A stretch of DNA of 63,980 nt, the filler included, from Sphacelaria rigidula (taxonomy: Eukaryota): NCBI GenBank assembly GCA_964200075.2. It is 3 parts of 3 records of this genome, joined end to end, with 100 filler letters (N's around TTAATTAATTAA, not from the genome) between each part and the next. Parts side by side here need not be neighbours in the genome. Positions count along the whole stretch, not along the records: positions 1 to 21,478 come from CAXNAA020000417.1; positions 21,579 to 43,054 come from CAXNAA020000418.1; 1 more part is not named here. One strand, 5' to 3'. Shown one piece after another: positions 13,426 through 27,049 of the stretch. A program made the translations under genes and the position numbers. Position 1 is the first letter of the stretch. Every line of letters begins with the position of its first letter. Under the pieces are notes generated by a model. The model ran no database searches. It was not told where the DNA came from and was given only the letters and a program-made list of their open reading frames with translations.

Positions 13426-14367
13426 ACTGCACTGTCTGATGTACACGGAGGGAGAGGAATCACGTAAAGTCCATGCCTCGCCAATTTCCACTGTTGGTTT
13501 TTCGAAAACTCTTCGCACAGTGAGGGGAAACGAAAAACCCACCACAGCGCATAACCAAGAGCAGCAGCATCTCAACGATTCGAGCGACAGAACCGCAGCA
13601 CTTTGCACCGAAGGGTACTGTTGTAGGTATGATTTTGGAGGACTCTATAGTGAACGCGCGTTAGGTTTCAAACATAGTCCGCAATTGTCGGGATACCATG
13701 GGCATAACAGACACGCCCGTCACCATTCCCGTAGTTCAAATATGGGCGGAAAAGGGAAGGGCGCCATGTTCGAACAGAGTACACACACCTTCCACATCAG
13801 AACTAAGTACTACTGCCCGAGTGTCCTCGAATCGACACAAGCGTTGTAAGGAAACGACACCTTCGGGCACAAAACAGAAGAGACACGAGGACACCCAGTT
13901 TTCACCCAATCTTCCACAACTTTTGCTCTTTACGACCAATACCACACAAGAGATACACACGAACACCCACACTCACCCGTCGAGCAACTGTCATCTGCCG
14001 CTGGTACGCCGTCAACCGCATTTGAAACCTCCACCGACACCGCATGATCCGTTGCCATCAATTCATCCAGTGTACTAGTAAAGCTGCATTCCTCTCCAAC
14101 TTTTCCTGAGGATCCCGAATATGTGCTCATTCTGGTTGCTCCCACCCGCCGCCCTTCTCCGACTAAGAGCAACGCTGAAGCAACAAGCATCATAGTCTTT
14201 GCGCCAACGCCAGCAGGCCAACGTTCCCTAAGTAAAGTCACATGCCTTCCCGTAGTGTTGCTGTACTGCATATCCTGCGCTGGACCACAGCGTGCACTGT
14301 CGCCCGATTTGGAGCGACCGCGGGCAACCCTTCGTGTCGTCCGACGTGGCGGTTGCCGGATCTCCAT
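13426..14367 (-). CDS. Candidate gene of unknown function: exons ~14367-13977 and 13510-13426
   Basis: Open frame with a hydrophobic segment (MMLVASALLLVG) ends at a strong g|gtgagt donor. It splices in phase 1 to an exon giving DDSCST-EFSKNQQWKLARHGLYVIPLPPCTSDSA. No recognisable domain. Confidence 0.3.
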
Positions 14368-17300
14368 CGCCCACAAGAACTAATGTCGACTACTTTGATA
14401 ACTATTAGTACTTCGTAGCGGACTGTTGGCCCACCGAAGTACCCAACCGCCACCCTTGCGTTGCGTTGCGTATCGTATCAAATCAATCTATGGTTATCAA
14501 AGCACGACCTACGCTCTAGATAAATTACACCCCACAATACCTCAAGCAAGTGGGTGTATTGCAGTACTAGCAAAAGTTGCTGCGATACCAAAGCAGGTGC
14601 TCATCCCTTCCCCCCTAGAACTGTTAAAACACGCCGGCAGGCCACCAGGCCAAGGGAGACTGCGAAGAACTGAATGTCACTTGTATTTAGAGGTTTCACA
14701 TTGTTCAAGTGATGAAAATAGTAAAAATAGTAAACGAACGTGCAAGAAAGAAACTTTTTTGCGGCTCGCTTATGTTTTTGTATCACAACGATCACGACGT
14801 CATGATGTGTTCTGACTTCCCAGTACCACAAAATCCGGCTATGGATCACAAGATGGTGATTATGATGCAGCGGAGAAACATCTTGCTACACGAGTTTCTG
14901 TCACAACCCCGGAAAGGCGGGGCGCCCATTTGTTGTCCTCTTGTGCTTGCCATCACGTCAGCAACGGAGTGCTGATGTTGAGTTTGACTGTCTTGAAGTA
15001 GTACAGCAGGACGAGCGTAAGAAGAAAAGCCGAGTGATGGCTGCTATGTGTCTCGTGGTTCCCTGAAGCGAACGGATGTATAGGATATCTTTTCCGCATA
15101 CTAAACCGGGGCGTTACGCCCACCTCAGTCGAACGTTTCCTCCATCTTTCGCTGTTTTTTTGCGATTACTGACTGCGACGGAATAGGGGAGGAGTCGCAT
15201 GTCGTTGTGATTCTATGTGTATGACAGATAACAGATGGTGCCTACACCGGCAGTTGCACAAGCGCCACCGTGGAGGGTACGTGGGGGCGAGCGAAGCGGA
15301 GCCAGTTTCCACTCCTTCGTTGTGATCCCAAGACCAAAACATGCACGTTGATTCGCAGCACTGCGCTTCGTGAAAGCATGTGCGGGTTGTGATATTTCAT
15401 ATGTCGCACACGGGTCTGTTGGATGAAGCGGCTTTCCGTTCGGGGTAAGATGAAGAATGTCACAACCTGTCCGGCAAAACATGCATGTAACGATATGACT
15501 CGATAGACGAGCTCTCGCGCGCGTCCGAAGCCCCGCAAAATAAGGGTTTTGGCAAAACACGCATACTGTCTGTATCACGTACCTCTCACAGCTCATTTCA
15601 ACTCACATCGTATATGACGTACCTTCTGTGTGATGCTCTCCATGCCCTTGACACAGGACTTTTCATAAGCATTGCAAGTCAGTCTGTGTGCAAGGTGCAA
15701 GGTATCTGTCCACCTCACTCAACACAATAAGTTAATGACACGTGGCGACGCAGGCTGTCTCCTCGGCTGCGGATAGGATATACTGTATTACGATAGTCAG
15801 TACGTGGCCTGCGGCGCAGGTTCGAACTCTGAACTAGCTCGGTGTGGCATACCCTTGACTCTAGGTGAGTACTGTACACTATACTGTTGGTGTTACCGTA
15901 CACCAGCAGTGCACTACGCGGTTATGTCGCCAAGGCATGATTTGTGTATTTATTTTCTGAACGCGAAATCACCACTACAAGATATCGCTACTGCTGCTGT
16001 GGGCGGGCACATATCACTACTGTGGACGTGCGATATTATTTACCCACCACATACAACGTCATTTGTGAAGACACTCTCTAGTAAGGGAGACGCGGTAGCA
16101 CATATATTGCGCATTCGATAGATCCACACTTAGTACAAGTAGAACCACTCCAGTGCATTCAAATTCGACTGACGTACCCATTGAGGACGGGTTCTCAGTC
16201 CTCTTGACACCCTACTGATGGTTCCCGTAGTTTTTCGAACACGCAAATGCCCCCGGAGTTGAATTTCGTGGTTATTCATATGGGGTTGGGGGGAGCGGGA
16301 GGTGATATCTGGCGAATGTCGTCCCCCCCCTATTACGGTACGAGTACTCGTCTTGAGTTATTGTCCAGCAAGTGCCAGGAATTCCCCCCCCTCCCCCCGC
16401 CCCTTCCCCCAACGCTCCAAAGGTCCCGGTCGATGTAGATGGACGTGCCCGAGCGTGGTAGTCCATCGTCAGGAGCTAGAACGTCGGTGATCGGGTAAGC
16501 TGGTCAAGTAGCCTCGCTGGCAGCAAGAACTGAAGGAAGGGTTGTCGCGCGGCTGGTGGAGCAACTCAGCGGCCGGTAGATGGGTACGACTACTTCGGCT
16601 TAGGTGTGGAACACCCTACGGGGAACCTTTCGGATGATGAGACCTCTACAAGACGTCCAAGGTGAGACCGTAAATCTACCATTTTGTTCCGGTGCATATA
16701 CTGCTTGTGATGTGCCCAACTGGTGCACCAAGTTTCACGTGACTGCCCGGAGCAGCGGCCGAGAACTGCGCAATAAGAAATGATGCATAAAAGTCGAAAA
16801 TGGCACCAGTCGACCGTCCAAAGATACACCAGCTGCAGGTACGCCGCATTATCCTGGTTCGGAAAGATACTGTACACGCGAAACTGCTGCATCCCTGCAG
16901 CAGCACGGCTGACATGGGGACAAGTATGCTACCGTACATCCGACCACTATCGGTTAGGCTTCGTGACATCGCCCCGCCATACAAGATGCCTTCAACTATG
17001 TCGGAAGCTCAGTTGGTAGCAGTCGGAGGTGTCGCGCAGATGCCATATAGCCGGGGGGTGTCGGCGTTGGCAATATCTGCATACCGCGTTCATCCTGTTA
17101 CCATGTAGGGCTCAACGAATGCACATTTTGTTCCCATTTTCGCAGATTTGCGCACGGTCGTGACTCTTATTCCGGAATGTAGACCTAGTTGTTGCCAGTA
17201 AAGGAGCACGCAGGTTTTACAGGCCTCAACTGTTGCAGTAAAGTTCATGCAGTAACGATGATTGCTCCCTCCTTACTCTGTAAAGAATTAGCCCGTGGTG

Positions 17301-17754
17301 ACGGGGTTTTGACGTCCGACGTTGAGCGCCAAAATCACGCAATATCACAGGGGATCACAGGGTATCCCTGAAAATATGACGCGAACGAGCGCCAACTTCA
17401 AAACAGGAACGCCTCAGCAGTACAAATCATGATGCCGACAGGCGTCTGACTCTGTGTTCTGCTCATCAATCGCAGCGCGACTATTTACAGTGCCTTTTAC
17501 CGACTCCGCGACGCCACAGCGGCGAGCGAAAGCTTGACATCCCCGGGATCGTCGTTGTCCCCATGGGAGGGTGCATGCCGCTTACATCGGCATTATGGGT
17601 TCAGCGTCCTTGTTGACGGGGATAGCTTCATTCTCATAACTTTTATCGCTACTTTTCTTTCGCATAAATAAACTTCTCCGACAACGAAGTAAGAGTACCT
17701 TGTTAACGTAGTCAATGACCGAATATTTTCATGCTGACAAGGTGTAACAGGCGA

Positions 17755-18175
17755 TCACCAAACGTGAGGATGCAGCTTTTCATTGAGGATGATGAGCTCG
17801 AAAAATATATATTTGTATCCGCACCAACTCTTCAAAACATGGTCGCATTCCTTCGCCTCCTCGTAGCTGTTGACGAGTACGAGAAGCCCTGCAAGTTTGG
17901 ATTCCGATAACCGAAACGTTGGGGTCCTAGGTTAAGAAATGGTCCCGGATAAATCGGGTGGTCCGTATCGATATACCATATGTCCCATATTTTATTCATC
18001 TAGGACCCCAACATCTCGGTTATCAGTGTCCATGTTTTCATGTCGCCTAGTAGTCGACATTCCCTACGACGAGCTGAAGGAATGCAACCATATGCCGAAG
18101 ATTTGGTGTAGATAGGGGCATTTGAATTTCCCGGGTTTGCATCCTCGATAAAAAGCTCCTTCCTCCATTTTGATT
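17755..18175. mobile_element. Old foldback MITE; a single arm recurs at ~57588-57760
   Basis: ~175-bp degenerate inverted arms, e.g. gataaccgaaacgttggggtcctag and ctaggaccccaacatctcggttatc. Confidence 0.7.
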
Positions 18176-21054
18176 ACTCGGGAGAAGGACCGTGGTATAT
18201 TCTCTTCGTGATTTCTTTCTCGTTAATGAACCTGCGACGCTTCAAAAATGATAAAGGGCAAGTGTATTTATATACATACACAATCCCCTTAAACTGACCT
18301 CCTCCGTGTCGGCAAATGTTCGCCGCACAATACATACTACCATCTACTGCTATATGTCGTTGTCTCTGCAGCACTCAGCCCTCCGCGCAGCCGACGTCAG
18401 CAATCGTTTTCGCCGCGTCCCAGGGCTCGCCCATACTGCATGTCACCATCCCTCCTGTCATGCTTTCTGTGGCTGCTTTCCAGCGCGATACATGTCGTGG
18501 TCGCCGCCCAACCAACCTCTGTCGGACTCTCGTCTGGCCACACATCCCTTGGCAGTTCCCCTAATAACATACCACCCAGCAATCAGACGGCGTTGTCACC
18601 AGATCTTAACCCAGTGTGACAGCAGAAACATACACCAACCCTTGAAAGTGCAACTTTCAGGTTTAGCATCGACAACTTGGAATTTTTCCCGCATCATATA
18701 TCCACATGGTCTGAATAAGTTACCATGATCCCGGCAGTGAAATGCGTACAAGACACATAGTACCGACAGCATCACGGCGTATGGTTCGGCGCTCTTCCGC
18801 ACCGAGCTTTCTTCCTTCGCCTGGAATCCAAGCACCAGACAGGAAGCCACGGACTCCCAAGTCTCCACCCCCCGCGAGGCCATAAATCAGGCCACAGCCT
18901 CTTCCTTAATATAAAACATTGATGCGGTCCACCGCCCAGATAATCATTACACACGAGGAACATTTACACTGGATGTACCCTTGCGCCGTCTCCAGCTTCA
19001 CGGGCTTAGAACCTTAGGTCCGATTTAGCCAACGCAGGTGAGCACCTGAGGGGCAACGTGGCGCGCGCAATAACCATTGGAGGCACAAGGGGATGGTTGT
19101 GCGAGTGTGGGGCCTGCTTGGCCTAAGTATCACATTTCGCTTATATCTGACCAGTGTGCGACGGAGTGGTGCAAACGGGCAGGGGGAAGACGTGAAGATA
19201 TGCGGGATACAAGTTTCTTCGAACACACGTTCAGCAGTCTAGACCCATGCGGCACGTGTAGCGCCAAAAATAGTATTATTTTCAAGTAGTGCGTTCATCC
19301 CCACCATTCAGACACCGGCCAGGGTGAGGAGCATGACGCCCATCCTACTCTCCCCTGATGAGTGATGTTATACTCGGAGGATGGCTGAGCAACGCATGGG
19401 ATGCGTGTCTGTCTCCCGGTGACCTCAGAGTCATGGCGCCGCAAATGCACACATTGACATCATTTCCCGTGCAATATCCTTAGTTGCATACATTGACCCT
19501 TTGGAAACCCAGTGACGATTTCTGTTTTTTCGAATCGGCTTCATTTTGACTTGAGAATGAATGCAAATGATACCGACTCACAAAAATGGAATTCGTCGCT
19601 GGGTTCCCAAAGGATTAAACAGCCATGGGCACAGGAGAACGGTAACTGCAAGATGCCCAGGCTCCGGCGCGTTGGCAACCTGCCGCAGGCGTTGGAAAAT
19701 GATTAATCGATCGATTGATTTGAATTGCTCGACGGACTTGACCATGCCCCCTACGAATCCAGCCGCGGGTACATTATGAACGTGTACTCAGGCCTGAACG
19801 AAACGAGACAAGAAAACTCGCTGAAGAAAAGGAGGGATCAGAAAAGGTTAAACAGAGCAGCATCGTGGACGATGACATGAAAAAAAGAAAGAACAAATAA
19901 ATAGGTGCAGAAAAAGCAAATAGATATTTGGTCTGTCTCTGTCACATGGCTTCTGTCATGGTTCGATACTTACCACCTAGGTGGGAGTGGTGCCAGTTCA
20001 GTGGGCACCAGGCTAGCGGGCCCCAAACACAATCATAAGTATCGAATCCATTTGAGCTCGACGTTACCAAGTGTAGAGTCAGCCACCGCCCCAGTGGTCA
20101 GGTGGCATGCCGTGGTCGCCGGAGGCAGCACAATATATGTTGCGTGGAGATCAGGCTTACATTTAGTGAAGGCCAGAAAATCCTCTGAGATCGCAGTCCG
20201 CGATGGCGTAGATGCTCTTGTATTATTGGCGTACAGGCTAACTTGTGACTTGCTAGTTGAGATGCATAGTCCAAAACGCTGTAAAACGTGGGGGCAGGCT
20301 GCTCAATCCAATCACACAATATGGCATGACCCATTAGGTACCAAGCATGACAAAGTATGACACATGAAACCTAGTCGACTGGAAAATGACCAATAAATCT
20401 GTAACATCCACCTAGCCATATTTACATGGCTAAACAAAAATTTATTGGAGGCCGGAAGGGCCAGAACAAAAACAAAGCCTGTGCATCATACGCCTGAAAG
20501 TAAAACGAGAAAAACCTGCTGAATTACAGTACAGGAGAAAACTCGTTGCGAATAAGTAAACCCTGATAAGCAGGGGAAAGCTCCATCCGTTAGGAAAGGA
20601 AACAATCTATAATGCCCTTTCCAAGGACAAAACAGCAGACAAGTATGGTCGCTGTCGTTTTCGGGGGATCTCAGTTTGACTGGAGAACGATCGGCTAGTT
20701 AGCGTGATCGCGCGTCGACACCCCTGATCAGTACACTGGATTCTGGGGTAGTGCGGGGCTTGAACCTCGCTAAAAACAACCTTTCAACGAACTGATAAAA
20801 AATTACAGGAGTGCAGCTTTAGACGGGTGCTCTTCTGCAACTACTGACACCTACTCTCCTGGAAATAGAGCCCACGTGCCTTGGCTCACACATGTGCCCG
20901 TATGTTACCAAATGGGGAGCAATCAATAACCAAGCGACAGAAGAAAAAGACCAGAACACTCGAAATTCATGACTGAAGCGTACGGGAGTAGCGATATATA
21001 GTTACTCATTCCCTTATTTCATCACCGCATTCCTCTTGCAATAATATCATATAC

Positions 21055-21256
21055 CACATCACACAACAGCTATTCGTAAACGTCCATGGCTCCAGTCTCT
21101 CTTTGGTTCCTCCGTTCCAGCTTGGGGCGACCGAGTTCCCGGCGAGATAGCTCTTTCCAGTCTCCATCTTAGTATCGTACTCGCCGAAGAAATTCCCATA
21201 ATCATACACGTGGTGCTTCAGCTCGGCCCTGCTATAACCTTTCCAGGAGGTTGCAC
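21055..21256 (-). CDS. Candidate exon, possibly of the TMX3-like gene (3' boundary uncertain)
   Basis: ttttgcccatag| acceptor; the open frame is phase 1, compatible with the 26084 donor. ATSWKGYSRAELKHHVYDYGNFFGEYDTKMETGKSYLAG... looks protein-like; the donor is weak. Confidence 0.3.
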
Positions 21257-21344
21257 CTATGGGCAAAAGCTTCAAGGCATCACTACGTGGGGAAGCGGGG
21301 TGCTTGGAGTGCCATGGCGGGGTCGAAGAAACTGTGGGGTGACA

Positions 21345-21478
21345 CAAGTGCTAGAGGCTCATGACGCAGTATGGGGCAATCGGCTGTGGGAAAATATATG
21401 AGGAACTGTGATCAAAGGAAAGGTGTGGACGATGAAGACGACAGAAATGTGCCAAAAGTGCGATGATGCTAGACAGGG
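21345..21478 (+). mobile_element. LINE RT fragment, cut by an assembly gap
   Basis: AHDAVWGNRLWENI*GTVIKGKVW is an RT AYD.VW..GLW..L...G..GK.W motif, similar to 30260-30380 on the minus strand. Confidence 0.65.
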
Positions 21479-23994
21479 NNNNNNNNNNNNNNNNNNNNNN
21501 NNNNNNNNNNNNNNNNNNNNNNTTAATTAATTAANNNNNNNNNNNNNNNNNNNNNNNNNNNNNNNNNNNNNNNNNNNNGAGAGATGGGATTAGCCATAGA
21601 GACCGCAAACTCAACCCGAGGAAGGGGAGGAGTTCAAAGAAAAAAAAAAAAAAAAAAACACCGAGGTTCGGGAACGGACACACATTGTCCAAAAACAGCG
21701 GGTGTCGGGATTGCCGCACCCTGTGACCTGGAGCATTGCTGACACCTAGCAATTCTAACAACAGTAGACAGCCCATCGTTCTGCATGAGATCGAAGGTCA
21801 AACGACGCGAGGGCGTCACCACGGCCAGAGGTTTCAAGTTGCAGGAGGCACACGGAACACTTAAACCCATCAGCACATGCATGACACAAGTTGAGAGGCA
21901 GACACGTGGTTTGTCAGAGTCGGGTGGAGGGCTGTACTCTGCCGACCCACACTTTTTCACGAAGAAATCGACGGAAGCTGAACAGACGAACATGGGTGTG
22001 CTGCCTCCTTCCCGTGGCTCTTATCTCATCACGCATCACGCTCCCTCACCTGCTTGAAGGTCAATGTCTCCGTTGCCCTTGGATCCACAACCCCAATCAC
22101 CAGCAGCTTTTCCGTCAAACCCAACCTAGCGACAAGAGAAGAGCGACAATACCGAACATGTCGCACCGACACATGGTGAACGGAGTCGGTCAAGTGCTCA
22201 CCGACCGTATCGGTACTCGCAGCGGCAAGCCAGAAAGACCCGTGGCGCTACATCACGGCACAGGTGGAACAACTACAGGTAGCGCCACCACCACTTAACA
22301 ACCTCTTATTTGGCGTGAGGCTCTAGTTCTTATTTCCCCTGTGGTGGGCTACCAACAGCCACAATAATACGTAGGTTTCAGTGTAGGGCTCTCATTCAGG
22401 TATCACAATTGTGCTCAAGTTCTTACATTTTGGAAGCTTCGAGGCTTTGAAGCTCAAGTTCTCAACTGGCAAGTTCTCAAGTAGTGACGCTACCTGTAGT
22501 CGTTCAAGTGTTTGTTCAAGTGTGACCCGAGGACATGAATGTGAGACCCACAAGCCAGATCTACGTGACCCAGCACTACTAATAGTGCGTATAATCGCAG
22601 AGACCTAAGGTACTTTTGGCAGTGACGTTTGTAGCCTCCGCCACACCACTGTAGAGTCTGTTAATCTAGCACAAAAACTACAAGCCATTACAGTACGACC
22701 AACACAACAATAAGGCCTGTGCGGAAGCGACGGTCCTGCATTTCGGGAGACGAGGGACGGAAAACTCAGATTGAAGTCGCGTTGGTGAGGAAGGCGCCAA
22801 GATCGCTCCACCGAAATCAAACTACCCTCCAAAACACTCACTCTCTCCCGGTTAAGGCTCACGGAATAAAATGCCTCACATCAACTGATCCATTCCGAAT
22901 CCAATCCAGGCGTATGGTGATGGTGATGGTGATGAGATGAACGAAAAAACTCGGTGAAGGAAAGTGGAGGAAAAGCTTGAAAAAAAAATAGGAGAACGCA
23001 CCGTATCGCGTACCTCACCTTGGCAAGTTTTCAGGCCCGAAATCCGACACGAGGGGATGGTTTTCCCCTTCCACCCATCTCGTTATCGCCAGATACGACG
23101 CGCTCCTCAAGTCCCCATCAAACGTTAGCCACGATAACCCATCAAGCCCCGCATATATCTTCACCAGCGCGGGCACACTCCTAACACACAGAGACATGAA
23201 GCAACAGCGACACCGCAGTTTAGGGTCTGTTTTCTTGCTCTTTTTCCGAAATGTCCAAAGTTGTTGGGGGGGTGGAAGGGGGACGAAGTTTCTCCAGAAT
23301 ATTAAGGCAGATTTCACAACCAGTTTAGGCAATAGATGAAGCTATGATAGGACTGACGACAGATTTCTCCGAAAATCTAGCGTCGGATTTTTTTCAGCAC
23401 TTTTTTCTCTGGAGAAGTTGGAGAAAAAATACACTTTTTCCGGGAAAAGTAATATATACAGGCTGGTCCGCCTAACAAGTTCACTTTCCTTCAGCCCGCT
23501 CTAACTGACGATGTATCGCCAGTTATGCCTACCATGACACATCGAGGTAATCGGCAAATCAGCACGCGTCTTCAAATCCATGTAGCACTGCGATCCGACA
23601 AGGTCTCTTCAAACGAAATACCAAACTGTAGTCAAGTGCGAGAGTGTAAAGAGTTGAGGGTACTATGTGCGGCGGAATTAGCCAACAGAAAACAGCTACA
23701 GTCGCTCTTGTGCCGCGTGGTGCCGCACAAGCTGTGGCACAATTCCCGAGATCAATTATCAGTCGTATTCGATAAAATTTTGACATGATGTACAGGACGT
23801 ACGTGCAAACACCCCTTCGTTCCTCCCGTGTCTTTTTCTCGTTGTCTTCGTGAGTTATTGGCGACGTAACATTTCAGAACAGTTTTTCCGGAACAAAATT
23901 ACCAATAACTCACGAAGAAAGAAAAAACAATTAGGGGGGGGGGGGGTAAAAAGGGCTCGTTGCACATACGTCATATATACCGCAGGAACCGGTT

Positions 23995-24280
23995 GTTGAC
24001 GAAATAACGCATTTTCTTCGCTCAATTTTGGATCGTTTTCGATGAGATTTTTACACGATGTACAGGATTTATGTGCGAATACCAAACCTTTCCCCCTATG
24101 TTTTATTTTCTTCTTCCTCCGTGAGTTATTGGCGACGGAACATTTTAGAACATTTTTTCGGAACAAAATTGCCAATAATTCACAAAGAAGCTTTGGTATT
24201 TGCACATACGTCCTGTACATTGTGCAAGAATTTCATCGAAAACGATCCAAAATTGAGCGAAGAAAATGCGTTTCAACATT
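23995..24280. mobile_element. Foldback MITE with an older related copy directly upstream (~23765-23985)
   Basis: cgcattttcttcgctcaattttggatcgttttcgatga ... tcatcgaaaacgatccaaaattgagcgaagaaaatgcg inverted arms; no TSD seen. Confidence 0.75.
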
Positions 24281-24306
24281 CCTGGTGGCTTCTTGGGCGG
24301 CCCAGC

Positions 24307-25285
24307 TAGGCCTTTGCTTTTTATGCGCGCATATAAATTCGCATACACCGGGGTTTTGCGCATAAGCATATGCATTTTTTTCAAACATTTGGTTTTGGAT
24401 ATTTCAGCATCACAAAGGGCATAAAAGCTAAGTTTTACGCATAACTTGGCGCATATATAGTCCTCCAACGGGATCATGCACCTCATGTCCAGCAGCTACT
24501 AGCTGCCCACGGGTGCTCCATGTGGCGTGATTCGTGGAGTCGTGGCGTTTGTGTTCGTAATTGGTTTTTTTTAACTTTGTTGCGGGTCTGATATCGCTTA
24601 TCGTGCTGTATGTGAACTACTTTATGTTTATGTGAAATTGATGAAAAAAAAATGTGTCATATTTCACATCAAACAGCGCCTCCCGCCACAACGTCATACA
24701 CCAAACAGTCCAATCCACGCCTGTACAGTGTACAGCACACAGAGCACAGTTCACCGACAGTACTGTACAGCAGTGAGCACTACACTAATATGATAGAGCA
24801 GAAAGAGGTCGAGGTGACCGAGGTGCGGACTTCCGCGCCCCAACAGCGCGACGCGAAGGAGACCGCTGAGGAGCAGAGGGCGAGAGAAGAAGCGCAGAAG
24901 TTTTTCTGTAGTTCTTGTTAATAATTTCTCAATTTTCAAAATATTTCTGAATTTATTTTTCTATTATTATTAATTATTTTTATTTTTGATTATGGCCTCC
25001 AAAATCAATGAACGGAGAAAAAATGAGCGAGCCTTTCTTCCAAGCAATCGTGAAATCTCGAAATGTTCAACATGCCGTTTTGTTGTCTTGCTGGAAGGTA
25101 CGTTCCACGGGCGATGCCGCCAGGAACCCGCCAGGAACTACCTCAAGAAGGACGCGAAAAAGGCGAATAAGTCGCGCATATTTCACCAAAACACGCATAA
25201 ATCGGCGCATAATGCTCACTTTTGCGCATGAAAAAATTAGAAAAACGCGCACGAAAAAAAAAATCGCATAAAAAGCAAAGGCCTA
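24307..25285. mobile_element. Non-autonomous hAT element
   Basis: Perfect 21-bp TIR TAGGCCTTTGCTTTTTATGCG and perfect 8-bp TSD GGCCCAGC (24299-24306 and 25286-25293). Subterminal GCATA repeats; no transposase. Confidence 0.93.
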
Positions 25286-26083
25286 GGCCCAGCCTGTAGG
25301 AGTATTGAGACCCCTTGAATTATTATAGTGAGGAAAAGCCACAAGGAGTATGAGCAACAGTTTGGTTATTTAGGGGAATGGCCGGTCGAAACAGACATGC
25401 AGGGTTATTAAATTTTGCAACGCTGCACGAATCAAACGGCAACGTTTCAGGCGGCTTTTTCTCAATCACCACTATTTTGACCTCATGACAACATGACTTA
25501 CCGCCTCCTCATGTGGATATCATAGCACCGGGTGCGCAGGAGCTGAGCTATCTCTTGTGCTATGACTGTCCATCTATTGGTCATCATCCGTTCTCACCAA
25601 GAGCAGCACAATTTCGCTGTGACACTTCAACAGCCAGTGATGAGAGGAGGGGTACCTGGGGCTCGCTTCTGTGGATGGCTTTTTCATCATATGCGTATGT
25701 CTACGAGGCACTCGCCCTTTCGGAAATCGTCGAACCTGCCCAGTCATGCACGCAGTCACTTCGCTAGCTAAAGTTGATTGATTTTTGTTCAGTGATTGGT
25801 CATCTCACACAAAACTGGTTCACTATGAATGCAGTGGTCCACTATCACTACAGTGCGAATGTACACCCATGGCTACAAAGAGGCCATACGCAACGAAAAC
25901 GAACGAAGCAGTCGCTGAACAAACTCGAGGAGGGATGAAAAAGAAATGAGTAAACAAATACAGCGAAGTGGGGACGAAAGCAAAGCAAGAGAAAGTAGCA
26001 ACTGGACCTCCTGCCGTATAGCTTTCGGCAATGGGGGCGTACCCAATCGAACCTAATCGACCAGACGATACAAGACAGCTCAC

Positions 26084-26207
26084 TCGTATTCCAATCACTT
26101 TCGGGGTGAACACACCGCCCTTCTCTGACCCCGGATGCTACCAACAGAATATCGTTCTCGCCGGTTTGGGCAACACGGACAACATTGCCGTAGCCTTTCC
26201 GTGAACA
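26084..26207 (-). CDS. Candidate further exon of the TMX3-like gene
   Basis: Strong polypyrimidine tract ending tttcag| and |gtgagc donor. Only the phase-0 frame stays open to the donor, compatible with exon 4: CSRKGYGNVVRVAQTGENDILLVASGVREGRCVHPESDWNT. No diagnostic motif. Confidence 0.4.
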
Positions 26208-27049
26208 CTGAAACACAAGAAGCGGAAAAGTGGAAGTAATGCGTATTGAAAATACCACAGCCCAGCACCAAAGAGCTCGGCAGTACAGCACAAGGCACGG
26301 GCAAGATGCTGGGTGTTCCCAAGTGCCTATCGCAGTAACATATCCCGCACGCGAGTGGCGCTTGCACTACACTACACTACAGTAATAAACTGCCAAGCGG
26401 AGACTTCTGGGGGAAAGCGATGTGTCTAGGTTTTGCGGTTGGATCATGAATGACCGCAGTAAACCTTCAACACCAAAATTTGCGGACGGAGATTTGTTCG
26501 TTTCAAAGTTTCCAACAGATTGCGAAACGGATTTTTTTTTTTAATATATGGGAGTCTCAGAAGAAGCCGCTCAATAAGCGCTTCTGTCTCATGTAAGGAA
26601 TATCAGCGACGGTACTTGACAGGCGAGCCTACCTACGTCTGTGACAACGGGTTCGAGAAATCGGGCTCAAGTGCGGATAAACTACTACTGCTACTAATAC
26701 TAGTAATACTAGTAATTATCAACTTTGAACTGTTTACGGGCAATACCGGTGATCGGGGGTCCAACGAGTACACGAACCCAGATTTTGACTCGTTGAACCC
26801 ATCCTGACCGTCCTAGTCGTTACGCTGAACAGTTCATTCACGCTCAGTTTCTTCATTTCATTTCCCAACTATATATTGCCCACCACAGTCGAAAGAACAG
26901 GTGTTCGGACCAATATATGAGTAAAATCACCCCCCCACAGATTCGGCTCTAACCTCGCGTTGCCCCGACGAGGATGACACAAAATTGGCGAGTATTTCCT
27001 CGCAACGCATGTTTTTCTCTAAAATTTCTACCGATTCCGGAGCTTTTGC

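Noticed and set aside
15800-15845. tRNA gene from a GGTTCGAACTC B-box-like motif
   Set aside because: No acceptor stem or cloverleaf could be folded.
21523-21534. TTAATTAATTAA palindrome inside an N gap; identical at 43099-43110
   Set aside because: It is centred in 100-base N blocks and gives stops in all six frames, so it is an assembly or scaffolding linker, not biology.
23533-23625. Selenocysteine readthrough in an exon-like segment with TGA in all three frames
   Set aside because: No redox motif context and no SECIS identified; an alternative acceptor or non-coding status is simpler.
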